The translations under genes were made by a program, and so were the position numbers. The notes under the pieces are model-generated. The model did not search any database. It saw nothing but the letters and a program-made list of their open reading frames with translations, and was not told the origin of the DNA. DNA of 64,000 nt, taken from Sphingomonas sp. GTDB lineage: Bacteria; Pseudomonadota; Alphaproteobacteria; Sphingomonadales; Sphingomonadaceae. The stretch spans positions 522 through 64,521 of the forward strand of contig JBJMVK010000132.1 in NCBI GenBank assembly GCA_045810725.1. The letters run 5' to 3'. Shown in pieces: positions 39,895-48,215 of the stretch. How positions within the stretch are numbered: the first letter of the stretch is position 1; the number at the start of each line of letters is the position of its first letter.

Positions 39895-40940
39895 TCGCCG
39901 AACCATATCTCGCGGATGCGCAGCGCTACGACGGGCGCATGACGTACCGGCGCTGCGGCCGGAGCGGGCTCGATCTGCCGGCGATCTCGCTCGGGCTGTG
40001 GCAGAATTTCGGCGGCGCAGACGTGTTCGAGACGGGCGGCGCGATCCTCCGCCGAGCGTTCGACCTCGGCGTCACGCACTTCGACCTCGCGAACAATTAC
40101 GGACCGCCATACGGCTCGGCGGAAGAGAATTTCGGCCGCTGGATGCATGCCGACTTCCGCCCCTACCGCGATGAATTGATCATTTCGACCAAGGCCGGTT
40201 ACGACATGTGGCCGGGCCCGTACGGCGACGGTGGGTCGCGCAAATATCTTCTTGCGAGCCTCGACCAGAGCCTCAAGCGGATGGGCCTCGACTACGTCGA
40301 CATCTTTTATTCGCACCGGGTGGATGAGACCACTCCGCTGGAGGAAACGATGGGCGCGCTTGCCCATGCCTACCGCCAGGGAAAGGCGCTCTATGTCGGA
40401 ATTTCATCTTATTCCGCCGAGCTCACGCGCAAGGCGCACGCTATCCTGACGAGCGAGGGGGTGCCGCTGCTGATCCATCAGCCTTCCTATTCGATGGTGA
40501 ACCGGTGGGTCGAGCAGGGGCTGCTCGGCACACTCGATGAGCTCGGCGTCGGCTGTATCGCTTTTTCGCCCCTCGCTCAGGGCCTGCTCACGAACAAGTA
40601 CCTGCACGGACTTCCGGAGGGCGCGCGGGCGACGAGAGAGGGATCCTTCTCGAAGGACTTCCTGACTGCGGAGAACCTGAATCACATCCGCGCGCTGAAC
40701 GAGCTCGCGGAGTCGCGAGGACAGACGATGGCGCAGATGGCGATCGCCTGGGTGCTTCGCGATCCGCGCGTCACTTCCGCACTCATCGGCGCTCGAACCG
40801 TCGCACAGCTTGAAGATTCGCTGAGCGCATTGCGAAAACTCGACTTCACCGACGACGAGCTTTCGCGCATCGATTCGTTGGCGAAGGATGCCGGCATCGA
40901 CATCTGGAGCGCATCGTCATCGATCGGCACGGTCGAATGA
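39891..40940 (+). CDS. mgrA: Aldo/keto reductase, MgrA/YghZ (L-glyceraldehyde-3-phosphate reductase) type
   Basis: SLGLWQNFG, HFDLANNYGPPYGSAE, ISTKAGY, DIFYSHR. Confidence 0.88.
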   Translation: MIAEPYLADAQRYDGRMTYRRCGRSGLDLPAISLGLWQNFGGADVFETGGAILRRAFDLGVTHFDLANNYGPPYGSAEENFGRWMHADFRPYRDELIISTKAGYDMWPGPYGDGGSRKYLLASLDQSLKRMGLDYVDIFYSHRVDETTPLEETMGALAHAYRQGKALYVGISSYSAELTRKAHAILTSEGVPLLIHQPSYSMVNRWVEQGLLGTLDELGVGCIAFSPLAQGLLTNKYLHGLPEGARATREGSFSKDFLTAENLNHIRALNELAESRGQTMAQMAIAWVLRDPRVTSALIGARTVAQLEDSLSALRKLDFTDDELSRIDSLAKDAGIDIWSASSSIGTVE

Positions 40941-41839
40941 AGCGCTGGATGGTCGCGGCGCCGCTTCTCGTCCTTTGTGCCGCTGCTCCCTCGAAGAAGC
41001 CTGAACCGCAGATCGCGATCACGATCGACGACCTCCCGGTGCACGCGCCATATCCGCCGGGCGTCACGCCGCTCGAGGCCAACCGCCAGATGATCGCGGC
41101 GTTGAAGGCTGCGCGCGTTCCAGTCACCGGCTTCGTCAATGCGGCGAACGTCAAGGATTTCGATACTATGGAGGCGCTGCGCGAATGGCGCGCGGCGGGC
41201 TTCGTCCTCGGCAATCACACATGGTCGCACCCGCATCTCAGCGAGCTCAGTCTCGACGAGTTCGAAGCCGACTTGGCCAAGGACGAACCGCTGCTCAAGA
41301 AACTCGGGGGCACGAGCGACTGGCGCTGGTTCCGATATCCCTTCCTCGACGAGGGCAAGGACGCGGCGCAACGGGTTGCCGCGCGGCAGGTGCTGGCCAA
41401 ACGCGGCTATCGTGTAGCCGACGTGACCACGGGATTTTCCGACTGGGCTTGGACCCCGGCCTATGCACGCTGCACGACGAAGCATGATCCGGCAGGACTA
41501 GCGGAACTCGAGCGTCTCTACCTTGCCGCGGTGAAGGAGAGCATCGTCGACGACCGCGAGACTTCGCGGCTGCTCTATGGCCGCGACATTCCTTACGTCC
41601 TCCTCATGCACGTCAGCGCGATGAGCGCGCACATGATGCAAAAGGTGCTGCTTATCTATCGCGGCGCGGGATATCGTTTCATCCCGCTTGCGGATGCGGA
41701 GCGAGATCCAGTCTATCTGGCCTACACCAACCTTCGCTTGCCGCCGCCTCCGACGCGCGGCGAGGCGGCGAAGGAGAGGGGAGTGAAGCTCCCGGCGCCC
41801 CCTTCTTTTTCCGCGAAGCTCGACGCGATCTGCGCCTAG
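40937..41839 (+). CDS. Polysaccharide deacetylase CE4, exported
   Basis: ITIDDLP, GNHTWSH, WFRYPF, LLMH. Confidence 0.88.
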   Translation: MKRWMVAAPLLVLCAAAPSKKPEPQIAITIDDLPVHAPYPPGVTPLEANRQMIAALKAARVPVTGFVNAANVKDFDTMEALREWRAAGFVLGNHTWSHPHLSELSLDEFEADLAKDEPLLKKLGGTSDWRWFRYPFLDEGKDAAQRVAARQVLAKRGYRVADVTTGFSDWAWTPAYARCTTKHDPAGLAELERLYLAAVKESIVDDRETSRLLYGRDIPYVLLMHVSAMSAHMMQKVLLIYRGAGYRFIPLADAERDPVYLAYTNLRLPPPPTRGEAAKERGVKLPAPPSFSAKLDAICA

Positions 41840-42978
41840 GCGGCGCCCGAGCGAACGCCGTCGATCCAGGTTTCTGCGACCTGTAGCTTATCGTCGAGCA
41901 GCACCAGGCTCGCGCGGTAGCCATCCGCGATGCGACCGAGCTCGTGGTCCAGTCCGAGGAAGGCCGCCGGGTTTGCACTTGCCATGGTTACTGCATCGGC
42001 GAGATCGAGGCCGAGCATCGACCTTGCGTTGCGGACCGCACTTGCCATGTCGAGGTCGGAGCCGGCGATGGTTCCGTCGGCGTTCGCGGCCTTGCCGTCG
42101 ACCACTGAGATCGTCTCCCGGCCAAGCATGAAGGTCTTGCTGCCCCCGACGCTCGGCATCGCATCGGTGACGAGCATGAAGCGGCTGAGCGGCGCTGAGC
42201 GAAGCGCGAGCTTAAGCACGCGCGGGTCGACATGGTACCCGTCGACGATGATGCCGCACCAGCTCTCCTCGTCGTAAAGGGCCGCGCCGACCACGCCGGG
42301 TTCCCTCGCAGTCAGCTGCGACATGGCGTTGAACAAATGGGTGAAGCCGCGAAGGCCGTTGCCGAGCGCTTCCGCGATGCAGTCGGCCGAAGCGTTGCTG
42401 TGCCCCGCGCAAACCAGCACTCCGGCATCGCTCAGCCTTCGGATCGATTCGGCCGGCACCTCTTCCGGGGCCAGCGTTACGATTGTCCTGCCCCCGGTGC
42501 CCCGGCTCACGATACCGATCTCTTCCTCGTCGATCGGCCGGAGCTTCTCCGCGTCGTGGATGCCCTTTTTCTCGACGTTCAGGAACGGCCCCTCGATGTG
42601 GATTCCAAGAAGACCCGGAACGCCGGCGGCGATCGCCGCACGCACGGCTTCGAGCGCTTCCTCGATCTTGCCGGCATCGTCGCTGATGAGCGTCGGAAGG
42701 AAACCAGTAGTCCCGAAACGCCGATGCGCCGCTCCGATCGCAGCGATAGTGTCCACGCTTGGATCGTCGTTGAACAGGTGATCGCCGCCGCCGTTCACCT
42801 GCGTGTCGATGAAGCCGGGGACGAGCATCTGTCCCTGGAGGTCCAGGGAAGCAATGTCCGCTGGCAAGTCGTCGTCAGCAAGGATCGTCGCGATTCGCTC
42901 ACCGTCGATGACGACCGTTCGGCCGGTCTGAAACTCGCCGCCGACAAGCACACGGCCGTTCACGAGCGCTTCGGCCAT
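41836..42978 (-). CDS. nagA: N-acetylglucosamine-6-phosphate deacetylase
   Basis: PGFIDTQVNG, GIHIEGPF, AGHSNA, THLFNAM, DGYH, VTDAM. Confidence 0.95.
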   Translation of the reverse strand: MAEALVNGRVLVGGEFQTGRTVVIDGERIATILADDDLPADIASLDLQGQMLVPGFIDTQVNGGGDHLFNDDPSVDTIAAIGAAHRRFGTTGFLPTLISDDAGKIEEALEAVRAAIAAGVPGLLGIHIEGPFLNVEKKGIHDAEKLRPIDEEEIGIVSRGTGGRTIVTLAPEEVPAESIRRLSDAGVLVCAGHSNASADCIAEALGNGLRGFTHLFNAMSQLTAREPGVVGAALYDEESWCGIIVDGYHVDPRVLKLALRSAPLSRFMLVTDAMPSVGGSKTFMLGRETISVVDGKAANADGTIAGSDLDMASAVRNARSMLGLDLADAVTMASANPAAFLGLDHELGRIADGYRASLVLLDDKLQVAETWIDGVRSGAA

Positions 42979-44015
42979 CAGCGGGTCTCCGTCACCTTCG
43001 CCAGGTGCGGCGGCCGGTCCGGATCGAGCCCGCGCGCGAGTGCGACGGAATTCGCTGCGCGGTAGAAGGACTGGATCTGGACGATCGGTTCCAACAGAGG
43101 CGCACAGCCAAGGGTCGGTAGGGCGGCGCAGCCGGCCGCCTCGCCTCCCGCCAGGAACACCCGCGCTCCACGCTCCGCAAGTATGGTCCCGGTCTCTTCG
43201 ACGCTGCGGCCCGTTTCGTCCGACTGGCTGAACATCAGCGCCGGAAAACCTGGGCGGACGAGCGCCATCGGGCCATGCCGAAGCTCGGCAGTGCTGAAGG
43301 CCTCGGCATGCAGTTGCGAGGTCTCCTTGAGTTTCAGCGCGGCTTCCTGCGCGATTCCAAGGCCGATGCCGCGCGCGAGAACATAGAGGCTGGTCGCGCC
43401 TTCCAGTCCGCCGACCAGGTGCGACCAATCGAGCTGCCAGCTCTGGTCCAGCAAGGCTGGCAAGTTGCTCAGGTCATTGCGCAGCACGTCATCATCGCTC
43501 CACGCTGCGACCAGGCGCGCGATCGCTGCGAGCGAGGCGATGAAGGACTTGGTCGCGGCAACACTTCTCTCGGGGCCCGCTGCAAGGGGGAACGCTTCGT
43601 CGGCTATGTCCGCGAGCGGCGATTCGGAGTCATTCATCAACGCGAGCACCCAGGCGCCGCTGGCCTTGAGGCTCGATACGGTTGCCAGCAGGTCGGGGCT
43701 TCGGCCGGACTGGGAGATTGCGATGCACACCGCTCCAGCTACGTTGAGAGGGGAGGCGTAAACCGAGGCGACCGACGGAGCGGCAGATGCGACCGGCACG
43801 CCGCAGCGCGTTTCGATCGCATATTTGGCGAAGGTCGCGGCGTGATCGGAGCTTCCCCGCGCGCAGGTCAGGACGAGCCGGGGCGAGCGCGCTCGAAGCG
43901 CAGCGGCGATGCGCTCCAGGTCCGCGGCGGCCGCGCCCTGCCGCGCCACGGCCTCCGCCGCCTCGGCGGCCTCGCGGAACATGTCCGTGACGCGATTGGG
44001 ATCGTCTCTCATCAC
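42978..44015 (-). CDS. SIS-domain glucosamine-6-phosphate deaminase (NagB-II)
   Basis: ARGSSDHAA, ISQSGRSPD, ERSVAATKS, EAALKLKE, HGP, LAKVTET. Confidence 0.9.
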   Translation of the reverse strand: MMRDDPNRVTDMFREAAEAAEAVARQGAAAADLERIAAALRARSPRLVLTCARGSSDHAATFAKYAIETRCGVPVASAAPSVASVYASPLNVAGAVCIAISQSGRSPDLLATVSSLKASGAWVLALMNDSESPLADIADEAFPLAAGPERSVAATKSFIASLAAIARLVAAWSDDDVLRNDLSNLPALLDQSWQLDWSHLVGGLEGATSLYVLARGIGLGIAQEAALKLKETSQLHAEAFSTAELRHGPMALVRPGFPALMFSQSDETGRSVEETGTILAERGARVFLAGGEAAGCAALPTLGCAPLLEPIVQIQSFYRAANSVALARGLDPDRPPHLAKVTETR

Positions 44016-44094
44016 TATTGACGCACGCTAACGATGTGCCGGATGCTCGCACAATGGCAAAGTTGAGAGGGGCTTGTCCTGTGGACTTCAGTCG

Positions 44095-46539
44095 ATGAGC
44101 CAAATTATCCTGGCCGCGCCCCTTGCGGGCTGGCTGACGAGCATCCGCGACGTGCCCGACCCGGTCTTTTCACAAGAGATGATGGGCGCCGGCTTGGCGA
44201 TCGATCCGACCGAGGGAAGCCTTTGTGCGCCATGCCCTTCGGAAGTGATCCTGGTCGCACCGACCAGGCATTCGGTAACGCTTCGAACCGACGAGGGAGC
44301 GGAGCTGCTGATCCACATCGGTCTCGAAACGGTCGCTCTCGCCGGGCGCGGCTTCGAAGCGCACGTGAAGGAGGGGGACCGGGTCGCGACTGGAGATCCG
44401 CTGATCAGCTTCGATCTCGACCTGGTCGGGCTCGAAGCCAAGAGCCTGGTCACGCCGATCGTGCTGACCAATGCGGACGAGTTCCGGCTTCTCCCCGAGC
44501 CGGCCGGTCGGCTGGTCGAGCGCGGACAAAAAATCGCCTCGATCGCGGCCGACCCGCGAGCAGCGAGAAGCGAGGCCGAAACCACCGCGGGCAACCAAAT
44601 GGAAGCGTTGGTCGCATTTCCGCACGGCCTGCACGCGCGTCCAGCAGCGCGGATTGCCGACCTCGCCAAGCGTGCGGCGGGCGACATCACGATCAGCGCG
44701 CGGGGGAAGACCGCAAGTGCCCGAAGTCCGATCGCGATCATGGCTCTCGACGTGAAGAACGGTGAGCGGGTCTCGCTCACCGGCGACGACGCTGCGGCGC
44801 TGCGTTCGATCGCCCAGCTTCTTGAGGCCGGTGAAGAAGCGGACCGGCCGCAGGCCGGGTCCGCAGCCGCGCGCTCGCTCGCCAAGAATGAGATCGCCGG
44901 CGTCTGTGCGCTGCCGGGCATCGTCCTCGGCAACGCCATCCACTGGCAACGCCAAACCCGCGAGATACCCGAGAACGGGGGAGGCGTGGACCAAGAGCGG
45001 ACGGCGCTCGACCGGGCGCTAACCGCGGTCCGGGCAAAGCTTCAGTCGCTAGGCGCCAGCGCGAGCGGCGTAGCGAGCGGCATTGCCAAGGCGCATATCG
45101 GCCTGCTCGACGACGTGGAGCTGAACGCTGCTGCCGACATGCAGATCGAGCGAGGGAAGAGCGCCGCCCGCGCATGGCAACTGGCCACCGCGGCTTCCGC
45201 CGACACGCTGCGTCAACTCGGCAATCCGCTGCTGCGCGAGCGCATTGCGGACCTTGATGATCTCTCCAATCGAGTCACGGCCGAGCTACTGGGGAACGGG
45301 GACTCGGCGCGGCAGGAACTCGCCGGGAACACCATCCTCATTGCCGAGGAGCTGCTCCCTTCCGAACTGATGTCGCTTCCCCGCGATCGTCTCGTCGGAC
45401 TTGCCACGGCGGGCGGCGGGGCGACTTCGCACATGGCACTGATCGCGGCATCGTTCGGAATCCCGACTTTGGTGGCCATGGGCCCACAAATCTCACGAAT
45501 TCCTGAGGGGTCTCAAGTCCTGCTCGACGCGACGGCGGGCGTGCTGGTGATCGATCCCGACAAGCGTGCGCAAGCACGGGCGCTCATTCGCGGACAAGGC
45601 GCGGGGCCAGTCGGCGAGTGCGTCACGCGCGACGGCGAGCGTGTTACCCTCCTCGCCAATCTCGGCAATGTCGGCGATGTCGAACCCGCACTTGCGGCGG
45701 GCGCGGAAGGCTGCGGGCTGCTGCGCACCGAGTTCCTGTTCCTCGAGAGATCCGAAGCTCCGTCCGAGGAGGAGCAGCGTGCGGCCTACCAGGCCGTCGC
45801 CGATGCCCTCGGTGGCCGGCCGCTGACCATCCGGACGCTCGACATCGGGGGCGACAAAGCGGTGCCCTACATTGACTTTCCGCCCGAGCAGAACCCGGCG
45901 CTCGGAGCGCGCGGCGTGCGCACGGTCCTGTTCAGACCCGAGCTGATCGACGAGCAGCTGCGCGCCATCGGCAGCGTCACCGGCGATTTGGTAAAGGTCA
46001 TGCTGCCGATGGTCTCGTCGGTCGCGGAGCTACGCTCGATCCGCGCGCAGATGAGCGACTCCGGAACGGAAGCCAAGCTGGGCGTGATGATCGAAACTCC
46101 TGCAGCGGCGCTGATCGCCGACCGCCTGGCCGCCGAGGCGGATTTTCTCTCCATCGGCTCGAACGACCTGGCTCAATATGTGCTGGCGATGGACCGCACC
46201 AACCCGCTCCTCGCGGCGGCAATCGATGCGCTTCATCCGGCAGTTCTGCGGCTGATGGCAATGACCGCTGATGCTGCACAGGCGGCAGGCAAGCCGGTGA
46301 GCGTTTGCGGAAACCTCGCCTCCGAGCCCGTGGGTGCCCTGGTTCTGGTCGGCTTCGGGATCCGCGAGCTGTCCGGCGTCCCGGCGGCTCTGCCGACGGT
46401 TCGCCGCGCGATAGCCCAGGTATCCGCTTCCGACTGCCGCGCGCTCGCCGCGGATGCGCTGCGCCTGGAATCCGCCCTGGAGGTACGCGCGCTCGCTGCC
46501 GAGTTGTTGAGCAGCTCGGGCGAAGGAGATGCATCATGA
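44095..46539 (+). CDS. nagF: PTS multiphosphoryl transfer protein EIIA-HPr-EI
   Basis: VPDPVFS...LLIHIGLETV (EIIA), GLHARPAA (HPr), TSHMA, GLLRTEFLF, RTLDIGGDK, SIGSNDL (EI). Confidence 0.92.
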   Translation: MSQIILAAPLAGWLTSIRDVPDPVFSQEMMGAGLAIDPTEGSLCAPCPSEVILVAPTRHSVTLRTDEGAELLIHIGLETVALAGRGFEAHVKEGDRVATGDPLISFDLDLVGLEAKSLVTPIVLTNADEFRLLPEPAGRLVERGQKIASIAADPRAARSEAETTAGNQMEALVAFPHGLHARPAARIADLAKRAAGDITISARGKTASARSPIAIMALDVKNGERVSLTGDDAAALRSIAQLLEAGEEADRPQAGSAAARSLAKNEIAGVCALPGIVLGNAIHWQRQTREIPENGGGVDQERTALDRALTAVRAKLQSLGASASGVASGIAKAHIGLLDDVELNAAADMQIERGKSAARAWQLATAASADTLRQLGNPLLRERIADLDDLSNRVTAELLGNGDSARQELAGNTILIAEELLPSELMSLPRDRLVGLATAGGGATSHMALIAASFGIPTLVAMGPQISRIPEGSQVLLDATAGVLVIDPDKRAQARALIRGQGAGPVGECVTRDGERVTLLANLGNVGDVEPALAAGAEGCGLLRTEFLFLERSEAPSEEEQRAAYQAVADALGGRPLTIRTLDIGGDKAVPYIDFPPEQNPALGARGVRTVLFRPELIDEQLRAIGSVTGDLVKVMLPMVSSVAELRSIRAQMSDSGTEAKLGVMIETPAAALIADRLAAEADFLSIGSNDLAQYVLAMDRTNPLLAAAIDALHPAVLRLMAMTADAAQAAGKPVSVCGNLASEPVGALVLVGFGIRELSGVPAALPTVRRAIAQVSASDCRALAADALRLESALEVRALAAELLSSSGEGDAS

Positions 46540-48215
46540 TCCAGCTTCGAGTCGACAAGCTGCAGCCGCTCGGCCGCGCGCTGATGCTTCCGATTGCCGT
46601 GCTTCCGATCGCCGGCTTGTTGCTCCGCCTGGGCCAGGCGGACCTCTTGAACGTGCCCTTCATTGCCGCGGCGGGAGACGCAATTTTCTCCCACCTCGGG
46701 CTGCTGTTCGGGATCGGCGTTGCCGTAGGCTTCGCGCGGGAGAACCATGGGGCAGCAGGCCTCGCCGGCGCGGTCTGCTTCTTTGTCCTCACCGAGGGCG
46801 CGAAGGCTCTTCTCACCGTGGCGCCAGACGCCACCGCAGGCTTCACCGACCAGGCTGCGCGCGATCTCGCGATTGCAGCATGGAAGACCAAGCAGCTGGA
46901 TAAGCTGAGCGTCCCAGCCGGAATCCTCTCCGGCGTTACCGCGGGAATGCTGTACAATCGGTTCAGTGACATCAAGCTACCGGACTATCTCGCTTTCTTT
47001 GCCGGCCGCCGCTTCGTTCCCATCGTCGCCGGCGCGGCCGGCCTCGTCTTCGCGGTCCTCTTCGGAATCGGCTTTCCCTATCTCGAAGCCTTCATCGACC
47101 AGCTGAGCCACTGGGTCGTCGAGTCCGGCAATTTCGGCCTGTTCGCCTACGGCTTCCTCAACCGCGTCCTCATTGTCACCGGGCTCCACCACATCATCAA
47201 CAACATTGCCTGGTTCATCCTCGGCGACTTCCATGGGACGACAGGCGACCTGAAGCGCTTCTTCGCGGGCGATCCGACCGCGGGCGCGTTCATGGCGGGC
47301 TTCTTTCCAATCATGATGTTCGGCCTGCCCGCGGCATGTCTCGCGATGTATCATTCGGCGCTGCCCGACCGGCGCAAGGCCGTCGCGGGGTTGTTCATCT
47401 CGCTTGCGCTGACCTCGTTCCTCACCGGAGTCACCGAGCCCATCGAGTTCAGCTTCATGTTCCTCGCGCCCGCGCTCTACGTGGTCCACGCGGTTCTGAC
47501 CGGCCTTTCGATGGTGGTCATGAACCTGCTCGGAGTGAAGCTCGGCTTCGGCTTCTCCGCCGGCCTGTTCGATTATGTACTCGGCTTCGGGATTGCGACT
47601 CGTCCGCTACTTCTGATCCCCGTTGGACTCGTCTATTTCGCGGTCTATTACTTTTCCTTCCGCTGGTGCATCCAGCACTTCGATCTCAAGACTCCGGGGC
47701 GAGACGCGAGCGAGGTCGTCGCGAGCCGCGCGACGGGCGCTGCAACGCGCGGAGGCGATTTCGTGCTCGCGCTCGGCGGAGCGGCGAACCTCGCGACGGT
47801 CGATGCGTGCATGACCAGATTGCGGCTGACGCTCAACAATCCCGCGGCGATCGATGAAGCGCGCCTTAAGGCGCTTGGCGCGCGCGGGCTGGTTCGGCCC
47901 GGCGGCAACGCGTTGCAGGTCGTCCTTGGCCCGATTGCCGATCAGGTCGCGGGGGAAATCCGCGCAAGTTTGCACGGAACTCCAGCCGCCGACGAGCGAT
48001 GGCTCGAGGCGCTGGGCGGCGCCGACAATGTCGAGGATGTGCGGCTTCGCTCCAGCCGCCTGATCCTCAGCCTCGCGGATGCCGCCAGGCTGGACAAGGA
48101 AGCGCTGAAGCGGCTTGGAGCGCGCGCGGTGGAGCGGTCGGATGGAGGCCGGATCCACCTGCTCGTTGATGAGGCCCAGGCCGCGGGGATCGCGGCCTTG
48201 CTGCAGCCGGCCTAG
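46536..48215 (+). CDS. nagE: PTS N-acetylglucosamine EIICB with duplicated EIIB
   Basis: LGRALMLPIAVLP, TGLHH, GVTEPIEF, DACMTRLR. Confidence 0.93.
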   Translation: MIQLRVDKLQPLGRALMLPIAVLPIAGLLLRLGQADLLNVPFIAAAGDAIFSHLGLLFGIGVAVGFARENHGAAGLAGAVCFFVLTEGAKALLTVAPDATAGFTDQAARDLAIAAWKTKQLDKLSVPAGILSGVTAGMLYNRFSDIKLPDYLAFFAGRRFVPIVAGAAGLVFAVLFGIGFPYLEAFIDQLSHWVVESGNFGLFAYGFLNRVLIVTGLHHIINNIAWFILGDFHGTTGDLKRFFAGDPTAGAFMAGFFPIMMFGLPAACLAMYHSALPDRRKAVAGLFISLALTSFLTGVTEPIEFSFMFLAPALYVVHAVLTGLSMVVMNLLGVKLGFGFSAGLFDYVLGFGIATRPLLLIPVGLVYFAVYYFSFRWCIQHFDLKTPGRDASEVVASRATGAATRGGDFVLALGGAANLATVDACMTRLRLTLNNPAAIDEARLKALGARGLVRPGGNALQVVLGPIADQVAGEIRASLHGTPAADERWLEALGGADNVEDVRLRSSRLILSLADAARLDKEALKRLGARAVERSDGGRIHLLVDEAQAAGIAALLQPA

